Shown here in pieces: positions 43,201 to 52,018 of a stretch of 64,000 bases of DNA. The translations under genes and the position numbers were made by a program. The number at the start of each line of letters is the position of its first letter. Position 1 is the stretch's first letter. The stretch is from an uncultured Chthonomonadaceae bacterium (lineage in GTDB: Bacteria; Armatimonadota; Chthonomonadetes; Chthonomonadales; Chthonomonadaceae). The notes below the pieces were generated by a model. The model worked only from the letters and a program-made list of their open reading frames with translations. It searched no databases and was not told the DNA's origin. The stretch is taken from contig CAWFQB010000006.1 of the NCBI GenBank assembly GCA_963817895.1, positions 96,001-160,000 on the forward strand. The letters are read 5' to 3'.

Positions 43201-43726
43201 CCGTGCCGCCATTCAAAACAATGTCCTGAGGATTAACGATGTTCACATATCCGAGGGGCCGGGGCTGCACGGGATCGAAAACGTCCACAATGTGCAGGCC
43301 GGGACGAGTGCCGTTTGTCAGCAAATAGGCCAGGTTGCCGGATACGAGAACGCGATGGACATTCGTGATGCCCGCCTGCGAAACAGGCGTAGGCAGCATT
43401 TCCGGCTTTTCGGCAAACGGCTGAATGTCCAGACGGGCGGCAATCGGCTGCAAAATGTCCCAATCCTGAACGGCTTCCGCCGTTTTGTACAGCCGTTTCA
43501 CCTGCGACCAGTAGCCGTAAGCGAACGGAGCGGTCTGCGCCACCTGTTTCCATTCGGCGCGGTTGGCGTCCGTAATTTCAATTGCGGGCAGGGCTGTGTT
43601 GACAGGCGGGAACGTATCGGCAGACGCTGACGACGCGGCAGGAGTTGTAGCGACTGCGCCCCCGCCGAACAAACGCTTGAACAGGGACGCAATCGCTCCC
43701 AATCCAGAAGGTTCTTCCTGAGCCAT
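40262..43726 (-). CDS. Large retron-associated protein: LVIVD-repeat propeller plus ARM/HEAT-like helical region
   Basis: LHIVDVFDP, VLEVSDPANP, ILNVSNPAN and VKIVDIA repeats followed by about 700 aa of Leu/Ala-rich helical sequence; 4 nt from the next gene. Confidence 0.75.
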   Translation of the reverse strand: MAQEEPSGLGAIASLFKRLFGGGAVATTPAASSASADTFPPVNTALPAIEITDANRAEWKQVAQTAPFAYGYWSQVKRLYKTAEAVQDWDILQPIAARLDIQPFAEKPEMLPTPVSQAGITNVHRVLVSGNLAYLLTNGTRPGLHIVDVFDPVQPRPLGYVNIVNPQDIVLNGGTAYVLQGGQNYNKEGMVHVLEVSDPANPRSIGAGDLKYPTRIAYLGAAVAVISNHYRESYLTILNVSNPANLVTVSKTKIDVPLSFAVANQRIYILSGERYNNRQKIVTYDLSNPFQPRQVNSLDVPGATDIAIRDNHLFVTVGRANYYETASENLGLRVYRLDAAHIPVIPAITLKFESATSLVLGKGHAFVSFEGPGYNNVEQSGVKIVDIAVATQPRIVGEFTGGRGGRIAVSAAAPHLLFLALQTENHLPALFQAVDVTQLERPFLLGALPSNQTFGYMKRRVRRALRTLAEQDPARYIQQAVQILLTTGKDRTEIDARVQWVSMDILYGNSRRYEQAGHGRGAYILKGNHLNMRTREERYPEFWDRYPQHAETLFATPELPWQTQEAACKMLRGMKRDLPAIPDATLIRFLQSPSALLVSVATCALAAKLNNNETIAVDLAAETFFKGSGRSRKAVTDYIARQTSLSSRWSNPFANRLYKLAGEKVEGSRLTRRQGLAFAYLVAHFPAVLSKQVTPQLAVMLYATRRAELLAWGLDTFRQAPLAYLDVWLQAIEAVEVDLRDSALDAIDANVRSKPIPPAKIKELVNSTSEWIRRVSWDLIAASATPDSDLIPIWDSLLAATTETDALRTATASSSAIALFNRLSLDGTRLQGLLETRPFLVGLLPQSALQNIVRVLPVASILGLAQAATDTQWPELRQIIVNGLEQSGQISAFWQLAWKQVGAANNPTLTARLLEDDVLSATFLTLNDPEFLNTSNPLYNAILGRWVQAHENLFAADSSALLQIATHALPDIRAWGLQRVAQVGMRMPFALRLLESELPPAVAMGDTFFEAVPPNDEHSIEYITALCDSPKALVRAYGREYLLARWEKVDHEAVFSRLSENTDPQMQAFLAQRLLKTGERFAQAPTFDRQVLRARNQSRTAKELVKRRLDAEPSQDIPLLLELARGRSSRDAEWALGQLARLALTGVEIEGVEV

Positions 43727-43827
43727 AACCGTTTCTCCCAGGTTCCAAATCATTTTAATTCAACAGTTCCCCTTCTCCCAGGCTTTTTTGGGAGAAGGGG
43801 TCAGGGGTTGAGGGCTATTATGCAAAT

Positions 43828-44045
43828 GCGAACAGGCCACTAATCACGTAAAGAACCGGCGGCGATCACTGTAGGCCTGCGCATTAATTGCACCTGCTTG
43901 ACGAGTATGGACTTGTCGCCTCAGCGTCGAAAACAAGCAGGTGCAATTAATGCGCAGGCTGAGTAGAATTGCTGTCCGGTGCTGAATGACAGGCATAACC
44001 GCAGCCACGGCGAAACGCCGCAGGCCCAATGCTGGCAATGTTCGC
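43828..44045 (-). ncRNA. Putative retron msr-msd unit 3
   Basis: Arms 44033-44045 / 43828-43839, putative branching G at 44032, perfect 26-bp stem 43875-43900 / 43934-43959. Confidence 0.8.
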
Positions 44046-44055
44046 GCAAACAATT

Positions 44056-44155
44056 TTTGTTTGAACCATGATTTATGTGATTTGATGATTAACATGATGA
44101 TACATTTCCTCAATCATGCTAATCCTGAAATCATCAAAATCATGGTTCAAACAAT
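44056..44155. repeat. AT-rich palindromic spacer between ncRNA units
   Basis: TTGTTTGAACCATGATTT...AAATCATGGTTCAAACAA; related half-site at about 31112-31152. Confidence 0.7.
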
Positions 44156-44167
44156 CACAAACAGCAG

Positions 44168-44386
44168 AATGGAGTCATCACTGATCTTGTAAGGAACCGG
44201 CGGCAATCACTGTAGGCGGCAGGGGGGTACCCATCGCCGAAGCGAACATGAACTCGTTTACTCAGCGTCGAAGGTCCGGCGATGGGTACCCCCCTGCCGC
44301 TGAGTAGAATTGCTGCCCGGTGACGGATGACAGGCATGACTTCAGCCGCGACGAAACATCGCAGACTTGCTGCTGACAACTCCATT
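44168..44386 (-). ncRNA. Putative retron msr-msd unit 2
   Basis: Arms 44374-44386 / 44168-44180, putative branching G at 44373, perfect 24-bp stem 44216-44239 / 44277-44300. Confidence 0.8.
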
Positions 44387-44456
44387 ATGGTTAGGAAAAA
44401 GGAGAAAGGAAAAAGCCGTTCGTTTCGAGGCTTTCTCCTTTTTCCTGTATAGGGTC

Positions 44457-44679
44457 GAGCCGAAAAGTTACTAATCCTGTTGGAAACCGGCGGCAATCAC
44501 TGTAGGCGGCAGGGTGCGAGTTGTCGCCGGGACGAGCATGGGCGCGTCTTCTCAGCGTCGAAGTTGCGGCGACAACTCGCACCCTGCCGCTGAGTAGAAT
44601 TGCTGTCCGGCGCTGGATGACGGGCGTAACTACAGCCATGGCGAAACGCCATAGACGTGCTGCTAACCTGTTTCGGCTC
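44457..44679 (-). ncRNA. Putative retron msr-msd unit 1
   Basis: Arms 44664-44679 / 44457-44470, putative branching G at 44663, perfect 24-bp stem 44506-44529 / 44567-44590. Confidence 0.8.
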
Positions 44680-44902
44680 TCGAACGGGTGTTACATGGCT
44701 GCCACTAAGGACGAAGCCTCAAAAGCGGAAAGCCTCTGTATAATACGCCACTCAGGGTGGCAAATTCCTTCATTCTGGCAAATTGGCATGAATTTGTCCC
44801 TGCTCAAGCCTGCTTTGCCTGCATTGATGTTAACATCTGTGTCTTGCCGCGCCTCACAGGATGATTTCAAAGAAAGTTAATGCCCACTCTCCTTGTTAAA
44901 TT

Positions 44903-45079
44903 TTCACTACCGGACACATTCCTGCCAGGGGTTGAAAACCCCTGTCTCAATGGCCTGCGGTCAAGCGTCCTACGGACGCCAATTCAGCGTTTAACAGCCT
45001 ACCGCGTCCGTAGGACGCTTGGCGGAACGCCACTCAGACGGGTATTTTCAATGCCCGGAAAAAGGTGTCCGGTAGTGAA
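44903..45079. mobile_element. MITE-like element, copy 2
   Basis: Perfect 15-bp TIR TTCACTACCGGACAC and perfect 8-bp flanking duplication GTTAAATT (44895-44902, 45080-45087). Confidence 0.85.
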
Positions 45080-45273
45080 GTTAAATTTAACTTTGAAGCA
45101 AAATTTGCGCAAAATGGCGCTTAACCTGACGTTTTTGCAACGCCAGTCCGCTATACTGCTCCCCGTAGAAGAAATCATTCAATGTTTAGAGGTTGTTAGA
45201 GACAGCAGATCGAAGCCGATGTTGCTGTCCCCTGTCAGCTTCAATCTCAATCCAACGTGGAGATACAGCAAGC

Positions 45274-48200
45274 ATGAGTTTACCACCCGATGAGAAACAC
45301 TCCCTTGACCGGCGCGACCTGCTGCGTTACGCGGGCGCATTAACAAGCGCACTCCTTTTATCCGGCTGTAGCAGCGGCAGCAACCCTACAACTCCCGGAA
45401 ATCCAACAAATCCCACTGGCACATCAGGAGCAACATCCACTGTGCTGGACGTATCCCGAACCAAACTTACAGGCGATCTTGCCAATCAACTCACTCAATA
45501 CTCTTATGCCGGGAAGCTTCTGTCTGAAACCATGAGTCAGCCTTCGGCAGCCGCCGATGAATCAATGGCTTTTCTGAACAGCCTGCCAACCTCCCGGGCA
45601 ACAACGGATACTCCCTCTCACGAAAACGCTGCTACATACGTCCAAATCTGCTTTCATGCTCAACGTACTGCCAATATCGTGTATGAGCGTCTGATGGACA
45701 CTATCCTGACGCTCGATGACCTCGCTTATCAGGGGGATACCATCGTCAGCCAAAATCCATTGCCTGCAAACGCGAACCTGAGCAACCCGCAGTGGGGGAC
45801 GGCAATGATGTCGCGCATGTATGCTGCCGCAATGACAATTGGCGGCATGATGCGCTACTGGCAGTTCGGCTATTTGCAGCAACTTATGGATGCGGTAACA
45901 AGCGAACCGGATGAGCTTAGTCGTCTTGCCATGTATGCTGTACTCGCGAACACCTACAACAACTGGATTGATAGTATCACTCAACACCTTGGAGGGGCGC
46001 AGTCTTCTTGGAAATTGGAAATTTCCGAGAATGTTACGCCCGACAGCGTGATCAATGAGGTGGGGCGTATTCCCTCAATTCTTGCGCAAATTCCATTCTG
46101 TCCTGGATACCGGTTCGGTTCCTCCCGAAGTCGGGCAGGAATTGGGGACTCGCTCGGCGAGGTAGTGGATACAGCAATCGACAAGGCTAAACACTTGTTT
46201 GTCGATTCCTTAAGCGAACACTACAAAGAAGGCACTGTAACTGGGGAAGCCTGGAAGAAAAACCCTAGTTTTTCATCTCCTGTGGTTCAAGATGCCTTGT
46301 TGAATGATACAAAAAAAATTACCACCAAGTACGCGCAGAAGCTAGGAGACGAAGTTAAGAAACCCGGTTTTTACGTTGACCTGGCGGCAGCCGCGCTTTC
46401 CAAGTCGGGGAATTTGAACGCAGAAGCAGTGGGCTGTAGCATCTCCCTGGGCCGATCCGTACTTTCGATAGCGGCTGATGGAGCGGAGATTGCTGCCACT
46501 GTTCCCACTGCGCCAACAGGACTTGGCTTGGTTGCGCTGGGGTTCGAAGGAGTATTGCCCTGTGTGCCACAATAGGTTGAGACAAAATCCCGTACACGAA
46601 ATAGTGTAGATCGCCAGGGCGGAGAATGGATTTCTCAGATGAATACGCCGTTGACAGACAGCCCAACCACTCGCCTCACCAACAATGGACACCACAGCGC
46701 GCCCTCCCCCGCGCTGCGCCCGGAGGCGCAGGTGCAAACGCGCCCCACGCGCCGCCGCTTTACCGCTGCGTACAAGCTGCGCATCCTTAAAGAAGCCGAC
46801 GCCTGCGTCAAGCCGGGAGAGTTGGGGGCGCTGCTTCGCCGCGAAGGGCTGTACTCCTCCACGCTTGCCAACTTCCGCAAACTGCGCGAGGCGGGTCAGT
46901 TGGGCGAGAAGAACTCTGCCCAGGCGCAGAAGCAGCGCAAAGACAAAGAAGCCGCCCGCCAACGCGATGCCCGCAGGATGGCCGCTCTGGAAACCGAGAA
47001 CCAGAAACTGCGCGTTCTGCTGGAACTCCAAAAAAAAGTAGCGGCCTTGCTCGACCTGACACTGGAAGAAACGCCGCCCGAATAAGCCTGGTTGCCGAAG
47101 CGGGCGCAACGACCGGGATTGGCCGCGCCTGTGATGCGGTGCAACTGAGCCGCGCCCGCTTCTACCGGGAGCAACACGCTGGTACGGGCACAATCCAAGA
47201 AGGCGTCCTTGTTCCCAAAGCACAACGGGGTTCTCCTCGCCGCTTGTCGGAAGAGGAACGCGCCCTGTTGCTCAATCTACTCTTGTCGGAACGCTTTGTA
47301 GACGCTTCGCCCCGGCAGGTGTATGCGCAATTGCTGCAAGAAGGCGTGTATCACGCTTCCTATCGCACGATGTATCGCCTGCTGCACGAACACCAAGCCA
47401 TCTGTGAGCGTCGGCGGGTTCGCAGGCATCCGGCGTATAGCAAACCTGAACTTAAGGCAACCGGCCCTAATCAGGTGTGGACATGGGACATCACCTACTT
47501 GAAGACGCCCATTCGGGTCGCTTCTATTACTTATATGTGGTTATGGACATCTACAGTCGTTATGTGGTCGGCTGGATGCTCGCAGACCGGGAGTGTCAAT
47601 ACCTGGCGCACAAGCTGCTGCAAGAAACCTGTCGTAAATACAACATCGCGCCTAACCAACTCACCCTCCATGCGGATCGCGGCGGGCCGATGAAAAGCCA
47701 GTCGGTAGCGCAGCTCTTACTTTCGTTGCAGGTGACCCGTTCGCACAGCCGCCCGCGTGTCAGCAACGACAACCCGTACTCGGAAGCCGGGTTCAAAACG
47801 ATGAAGTACAGCGCCTACTTCCCGGAGCGCTTTAGCAGCCAGGAAGACGCGCAGACGTTCTGCCAGGACTACTTTGTCGGGTACAATACGTGCCACCACC
47901 ATACCGGCTTGGTGTTGCTTACGCCCGAACAGGTGCATTTCGGCGAAGCAACGCAGGTATTGGCGCAGCGGCAAGTCACGTTAGATAACGCCTATGCCGC
48001 GCATCCGCAACGCTTTCGAGAGCGTCCGCAGGCGGGGCAGTTACCCAACGTCGTCTGGATCAATGCGCCTGCGTTGCCCGTTGGCGAAGGCACAGCACCG
48101 GTTGCCGGTTGAGTGGCGAGGAATGACTGCTCGCTACATAAAAATACTTTCGCTTTTTGTCTCAAAATCCTTGACACATTCCGTTGCTCTATCAAAGTGT

Positions 48201-48970
48201 TAAGCAATTCTTGAAGGAACGCAAATGAGTGTACTGACAAGTTGGCCCCGCTGATTCAAGATGGACTTCAGAACGGAGCGCAACTGTGGAACATGACCTT
48301 TGTACCCGACAGCGGCACTCCATCGGGCGCTCAGTTTGCGGCGGCTCAGGTTAATGCTACCGCGCCCGGTCCGTTTGCGGAGTGTGACGCTTTGTGGAGA
48401 AGCGGGCCGAGAGCGACCACAATGCAAACCCTGCCGGTCCCGCCTCCGACACCCGGTTCGCCGGACTTGCCGAAACTTGCCAGCAATCCTAAAGCGGCGC
48501 GCGTGGTGATTTCGGGGTATGGCGGCAACAACGCGCCCCATTCTGACGGGAACATTCCGCGTACCTTTGACAACATTGCAAATGCCACTGCCGCGCTGCT
48601 GTACGATCTGGGACAGCGCAATGCGCAGTTCATACAGCCCTCAATCTCTGCCAACTCCATCTCCTTTCTGGCATCAAACTTCGCGATTTATATCAGGCGC
48701 GAAGTGGGCAGCACAAGAGCCGCTGTTCCGCCGATTACAGATGCGGAGTTGATCTGCGCCAGCCCCGGCTACATTCCGAAACGCACTGTCGGAACCGTTG
48801 ATTTAACATCCATCGGCAGCCTGCCTGATTTGAAACCGATCAGCGCGTTAGGTTTTGGGTTTGATGTCAACGTGAAAAGCGCATCGGGAGTACACAACTC
48901 TCCCAACGTAAGGGGCGCAAATGGGCGAAATCCATTTCAATTCAAAGGAGGACGCAACAATGGACGTTAA
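45274..48970 (+). pseudogene. Large Tat-type lipoprotein of unknown function interrupted by an IS3-family element
   Basis: RRDLL and LSGC lipobox; the frame reads GFEGVL|LYQSVKQFLK across the excised IS and needs one further indel near 48215 to join ORF 48242-48970. Confidence 0.7.
46558..48183 (+). mobile_element. IS3-family insertion sequence (OrfA 46639-47085; OrfB about 47082-48112, frameshifted)
   Basis: RRRFTAAYKLRIL HTH, PNQVWTWDITY, HADRG and SNDNPYSEAGFKT motifs; imperfect IRs with TTGAGACAAAA; TTG duplicated at 46555-46557 and 48184-48186. Confidence 0.9.
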
Positions 48971-49994
48971 AGTAGGTTGGCTTTGCGTTCCCCTGCTGGC
49001 GGCTTGTCTGTGCGGGTGTGGCGGGAATGGATCGAATCAGAGCGTGGTCAACGCTATGGGCGGTAACACGTCTGCCCCTGCATCTAATACGGTGGCGAAG
49101 TCTACAGGCCGACTGGCTTTTCGTATTCAGTGGCCTGCTCAGTCAAAAAAGGCGTCACGCTATCTGCCGATTTACGCGCAAAGCCTGTACATCGAAGTGT
49201 ATCCAAAAGGCAACGCCGCGCAGCGATATACGGCAGTCGCCAATCGTCCCACTGATGGCGAGACTTCCCAAACCATTACAATAGAAAGCCTGTTGCCCGT
49301 AGGAACTTACGCGATAGCCTGCGCCGCGCGAGCAGATGTTGGCGGACAGGGCGCAACGGTCGCCATCGCCACAACCAAATCGCAGCTCAATGCAGGGCAA
49401 ACCGCAACCGTTGACTTGACGCTCAATAGTACGCTGAAATCCCTGACCCTGCTGAATCAGCCGTTCATCGTGAAAATGGGAACCACGCTGCAATTGCAGG
49501 CGAACGCTGTAGACCCGGATGGCGCGATTGTGCTGCTGCCCGCTTCGGCGCTACAGTTCAGCGTGGTGTCGGGACAAGCGGCGGGCGTGGTTTCGGATGC
49601 TGGACTGTTCACCGGACAGCAAAACGGCGCGGCGCGTATTCGCGTCACCGAACCCAACGCCAACATTGCCGCCGAAGCGGACGCGTACGTTGCCGACCAG
49701 AACTTTTTTCAGGTGCTGAACCAGCCGCTTACCCTCAAAGCCGGACAGAGCCTCGCGCTTCAGGTCGCTATTGTTGATTTGACCGGCAAGCCCACAAATC
49801 AGCCGTTTGGGAAAGTCACCTGGAAACTGGTGAGCGGAAGCGATTTCGCGAACCTGACGCCGGATGGCACATTGACAGCCAATGGAGAGGGAACCGCGCG
49901 GGTACAGGCCACCGAGGATAAGCTGGGGCTGACAGCGCAGGCCGATATAACGATTGTGGCCTATGGAACGGGGGTGAACGTTGGAATCCAGTAA
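48960..49994 (+). CDS. Lipoprotein with Ig-like (Big_2-type) domains
   Basis: LCGC lipobox; two repeats with the W/F-x-x-VSG...DG-L-T...G-ARV pattern. Confidence 0.75.
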   Translation: MDVKVGWLCVPLLAACLCGCGGNGSNQSVVNAMGGNTSAPASNTVAKSTGRLAFRIQWPAQSKKASRYLPIYAQSLYIEVYPKGNAAQRYTAVANRPTDGETSQTITIESLLPVGTYAIACAARADVGGQGATVAIATTKSQLNAGQTATVDLTLNSTLKSLTLLNQPFIVKMGTTLQLQANAVDPDGAIVLLPASALQFSVVSGQAAGVVSDAGLFTGQQNGAARIRVTEPNANIAAEADAYVADQNFFQVLNQPLTLKAGQSLALQVAIVDLTGKPTNQPFGKVTWKLVSGSDFANLTPDGTLTANGEGTARVQATEDKLGLTAQADITIVAYGTGVNVGIQ

Positions 49995-51877
49995 CAAAAA
50001 ACAGCAGAATTTGACCCGCCGCAACTTTGCCCTGCTGTTGGGTAGTTCGGGAATCGCTGTCTCGCTGACCGGCTGCGGCGGCGGTTCGGGGAAATCCAGC
50101 GTGGCTGCCAGCAAGGGTACGGGCAAAGTGCGCCTGCGTATCGTGTGGCCTCCAAAGAACAGGGCCACGCCTCCGCATCGTTACATTCCCTCCTACGCGC
50201 AAAGCATGGTGCTGAACTTAATTCACAACGCTGCCGGGTGTCCGGTACGATCTGACGATAAACCGGCCTGCGGATGGCAGCGCAAACCAAACCGTTCTGT
50301 TCGATCAGGAAATTCGGGTTGGAACGTATGTTCTGAACGCTGCGGCGCAGCAGGATTTGGATGGCAAAGGCACAACCGTTGCCGCCGCTTCCAGCCAGGT
50401 TGTCGTGACGTTCAATCAGACTGCCGACGCCAACCTCACCATGTCCAGCACGATCTCGACGGTGAAGGTTCTCGGGCAGCCGATCAAACTGCCGATGGGC
50501 CAGCATATTACGCTGTCGGGGCAGGCGCTGGATCGGGATGGATATGTCCTCGTGCTTGTGGGCGGCGCATTGCAGTGGACGCTTGTTTCGGGAAACGCCT
50601 TTGCCGATTTAACGCCCGATGGAGTTTTGACCGGCAAAACGCCGGGAACCGCCCGAGTGCGCCTATCGGAACCGGGAGCCGGTATTTCCGATGAGGCGGA
50701 TGTGCAGATTATCGCCACAACATTGTCCCTGGCAAATTCCGGGTGGGCTAAATACCGGGGCGGTATCGGGAACGGCGCGGTGGGCGCGGGAAGCGGCGCG
50801 ACCAACAACATCAAGTGGAACACGACACTCACAGCCTCATCCGCGGACGCAATTCACATGGTCATCGGCGCGGATGGAACGCTGTACGTTCCAGATAACA
50901 CAACCGGCGCGCTGACGGCCTACGACAGCGCGGGCGCGCAAAAATGGACGGCGGCTGGCGTCAGCGCGAACGGCGGCGTCGTGATTGCCTCGGATGGAAC
51001 CGCGATTGTCACGTCGCCCAACCGGAAACTGCAAACGCTTGACAGCGCGACGCAGGCCGTCAAATGGACTTTCAATGATACCGGAAGCAGCAACTATTCG
51101 GGGCCGACGCTCGCGCCCAACGGCTTGATTTACATGGTTGCCGATAACACGCTGTACGCCATTTCCAGTGACAGCGGCGCGCTGGCGTGGAAGTATGTGG
51201 CGGATGCGCCCCTAATACCCTCCACGCCTTGTATCGGCCCGGATGGAACCGTATTCATCTCGACAAACGCTTCGGTTCAGGCCATCAGCGCGGGGCAGAT
51301 GGTGTGGCGGGCTGCGCTTGAGAGTGGAGCAGCGGCTCCGATTGCTATGCCGGTTTTAAGCAGTGACGGCAGTACCCTGTTCATATCGGGGTTGTTCTAC
51401 GGCTCGTATTCGCTTTATGCTCTGAGCAGCAGTTCCGGGGCATTCCTGTGGAAGTATGCGGGAGCCAACTGGTTTGGTTCTTTGCCCGCTGTCTCCCCAA
51501 CCGAAAACGTTGTCTACTACATCAATGGTCACTTTTCCAGTGGCATCGTCGGATTCAATGGAGGATACAACCTCTTCGCTTTTGACGGAGCGACAGGAAA
51601 CCAGAAATGGTCGTATAGTTCAGGAGGTTTTGTTGGAACAAGCAACCCCATTGTTGCCGCTGATGGAATCGTCTACTACGGATACGACTACAATCCCGGC
51701 GGCACCTTCAATTATCCTTCTCCCGCCGCTCTGCTCGCGCTTAAGCCAACGGACGGCAGTGCGCAATGGGCGTACATCAGCCCCAATGGCGGAACCGCCT
51801 CCGTATATCCTGCTGCTGTTGGATCAGACGGAACGTTGTACGCGGTGTCAAGCGGGAGCCTGATCGCGTTCAAGTAG
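49981..51877 (+). CDS. Tat lipoprotein with Ig-like domain and PQQ-like beta-propeller, frameshift near 50250
   Basis: RRNF and LTGC; repeated DGTLY / G-x-x-KW motifs; N-domain paralogous to the upstream gene. Confidence 0.75.
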
Positions 51878-51957
51878 CCAGAAATAAGACACCTTTCTCA
51901 GGAGTCTACTTGCGAATACAGGCTTTCTGTTGTTCACGGCAACTTTGAAAACGTTTC

Positions 51958-51990
51958 AAAAATGCCGCGTCTGCACGGACGCGGCATTTT
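51958..51990. terminator. Bidirectional intrinsic terminator
   Basis: AAAAATGCCGCGTC-TGCACG-GACGCGGCATTTT between convergent genes. Confidence 0.8.
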
Positions 51991-52018
51991 ATACTGTTTC
52001 GCTCTTTGCGCGAACATC

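Noticed and set aside
43884..44231. Restriction-site-like palindromes (ATTAAT, GGTACC) inside msd stems as specific decoys
   Set aside because: Six-base palindromes arise easily by chance and unit 1 has none, so it is not supportable without experiments
43844..44639. Three similar short ORFs (89, 113 and 82 aa) on the minus strand
   Set aside because: Their similarity just mirrors the ncRNA scaffold; starts and lengths are inconsistent and the variation preserves base pairing rather than amino acids
43828..44679. CRISPR array or attC cassette array as an explanation for the three repeats
   Set aside because: Units are about 220 nt with self-complementary variable parts, and there are no cas genes, integrase or cassette ORFs; retron ncRNA features fit better
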